Shown in pieces: positions 63,165-63,834 of a stretch of 63,834 bases of DNA. Position 1 is the stretch's first letter. Every line of letters begins with the position of its first letter. The notes beneath the pieces were generated by a model. It did not search any database. It saw only the letters and a program-made list of their open reading frames with translations, and was not told where the DNA came from. The stretch lies in contig DF237421.1 of NCBI GenBank assembly GCA_000708835.1, positions 9,297 through 73,130 of the forward strand, written 5' to 3'. The translations under genes and the position numbers were made by a program. The DNA comes from Klebsormidium nitens. Its lineage: Eukaryota > Plantae > Klebsormidiophyceae.

Positions 63165-63405
63165 GCGCACAGCGCTTGCACCAGCGCGCTGCGCCGCTTT
63201 GGGCGACGGTCTGGGACACCTGTCAGCAAATAAGGTGCGCTATTCTGAGCGCGGAGAAGGTGCAGAGTTGGCTTTCTGAGCATGGTCAGTCCTCAGAAAG
63301 TTCAGGGTCTTGGGGTGATATGTTCAAGGCTCAGGCCATCTGCCCACAGCGCTTGCACCAGCGCGGCGCGGGCGGTCTGGGCGACGGTCTGAAGACATCT
63401 GCCAG
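63165..63405 (-). repeat. Two acceptor echoes upstream of the ARM-gene exon at 63049
   Basis: cacagcgcttgcaccagcgc...ggcgacggtctg occurs at ~62998, ~63168 and ~63344 (spacings ~170 and ~179 nt). Confidence 0.9.
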
Positions 63406-63834
63406 CAGAGAATGTGCACAGTTCTTAGCGCAATTGGACGCAGATTTGGGTATGGTGGATTCAAAGTTTTCACTTTTCAAAAAGGTGAGTCGGTCGATGC
63501 TGAGGCTCTGTGCACGGCGTGCGCACAGCGTCCTGCGCGCGCAGTCCGCAACCCTGGTATAAAAAGAACGCGACAAGTTGAAGAGAAGGTCGCGCAAGGC
63601 TGAAGACACGTGTGGCACGCAAACTGCCCTCAGGATTGTTTCCTGTCGGCTTTTGGCATCGCAAACCTAGATCATTGATCAGCCGTTTCAAACATTGTCC
63701 AGACCAGGATGCACCTGCGCCTCTCTTGTAACGATTACGACTGGTTAAGCCTAACCTCGTTCTCGACAGGATTTCGTTGACCTGCGGGTTAGCGAAACGG
63801 CGGTGGTTACGTCTTAACGACGCACTGCGTGGTT

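Noticed and set aside
2333-63405. Echo repeats interpreted as CRISPR arrays or mutually exclusive exons
   Set aside because: The context is eukaryotic, with no constant repeat or unique spacers. Echoes cover only one exon edge, lack the partner splice site and lead to stops.

Overview
Eukaryotic, intron-rich genomic DNA, most likely from a flagellate streptophyte green alga of the Klebsormidium type. That placement is inferred from plant-like APC7, GLE1 and PPR-SMR genes sitting beside an outer-arm dynein chain; no database was consulted. I built nine gene models by hand from GT-AG junctions and frame continuity: APC7 (-, 16 exons), an intronless PPR-SMR gene (+, frameshifted), GLE1 (-, 11 exons), SAM50 (+, 6 exons), a secreted protein with two putative NTF2/SnoaL-like domains (-), dynein intermediate chain 2 (DNAI2/ODA6; -, 11 exons), two convergent paralogues of an unnamed family (47-58 kb), and the 3' part of an ARM-repeat gene (-). 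I saw no rRNA, tRNA or CRISPR array. Two signals stand out. (1) The paralogue pair holds three copies of one module. By recall-based alignment, its N-half resembles the animal NRF1/Ewg (MADS-like) dimerisation region and its C-half the plant EIN3 DNA-binding helices, so it may be an undescribed transcription-factor family. (2) Splice-junction 'echoes' recur across the window: about 16 exon boundaries in six genes have tandem, decaying copies that span the splice site and often keep the AG or GT intact. Protein-family resemblances come from remembered sequences and need HMM or structure searches to confirm.
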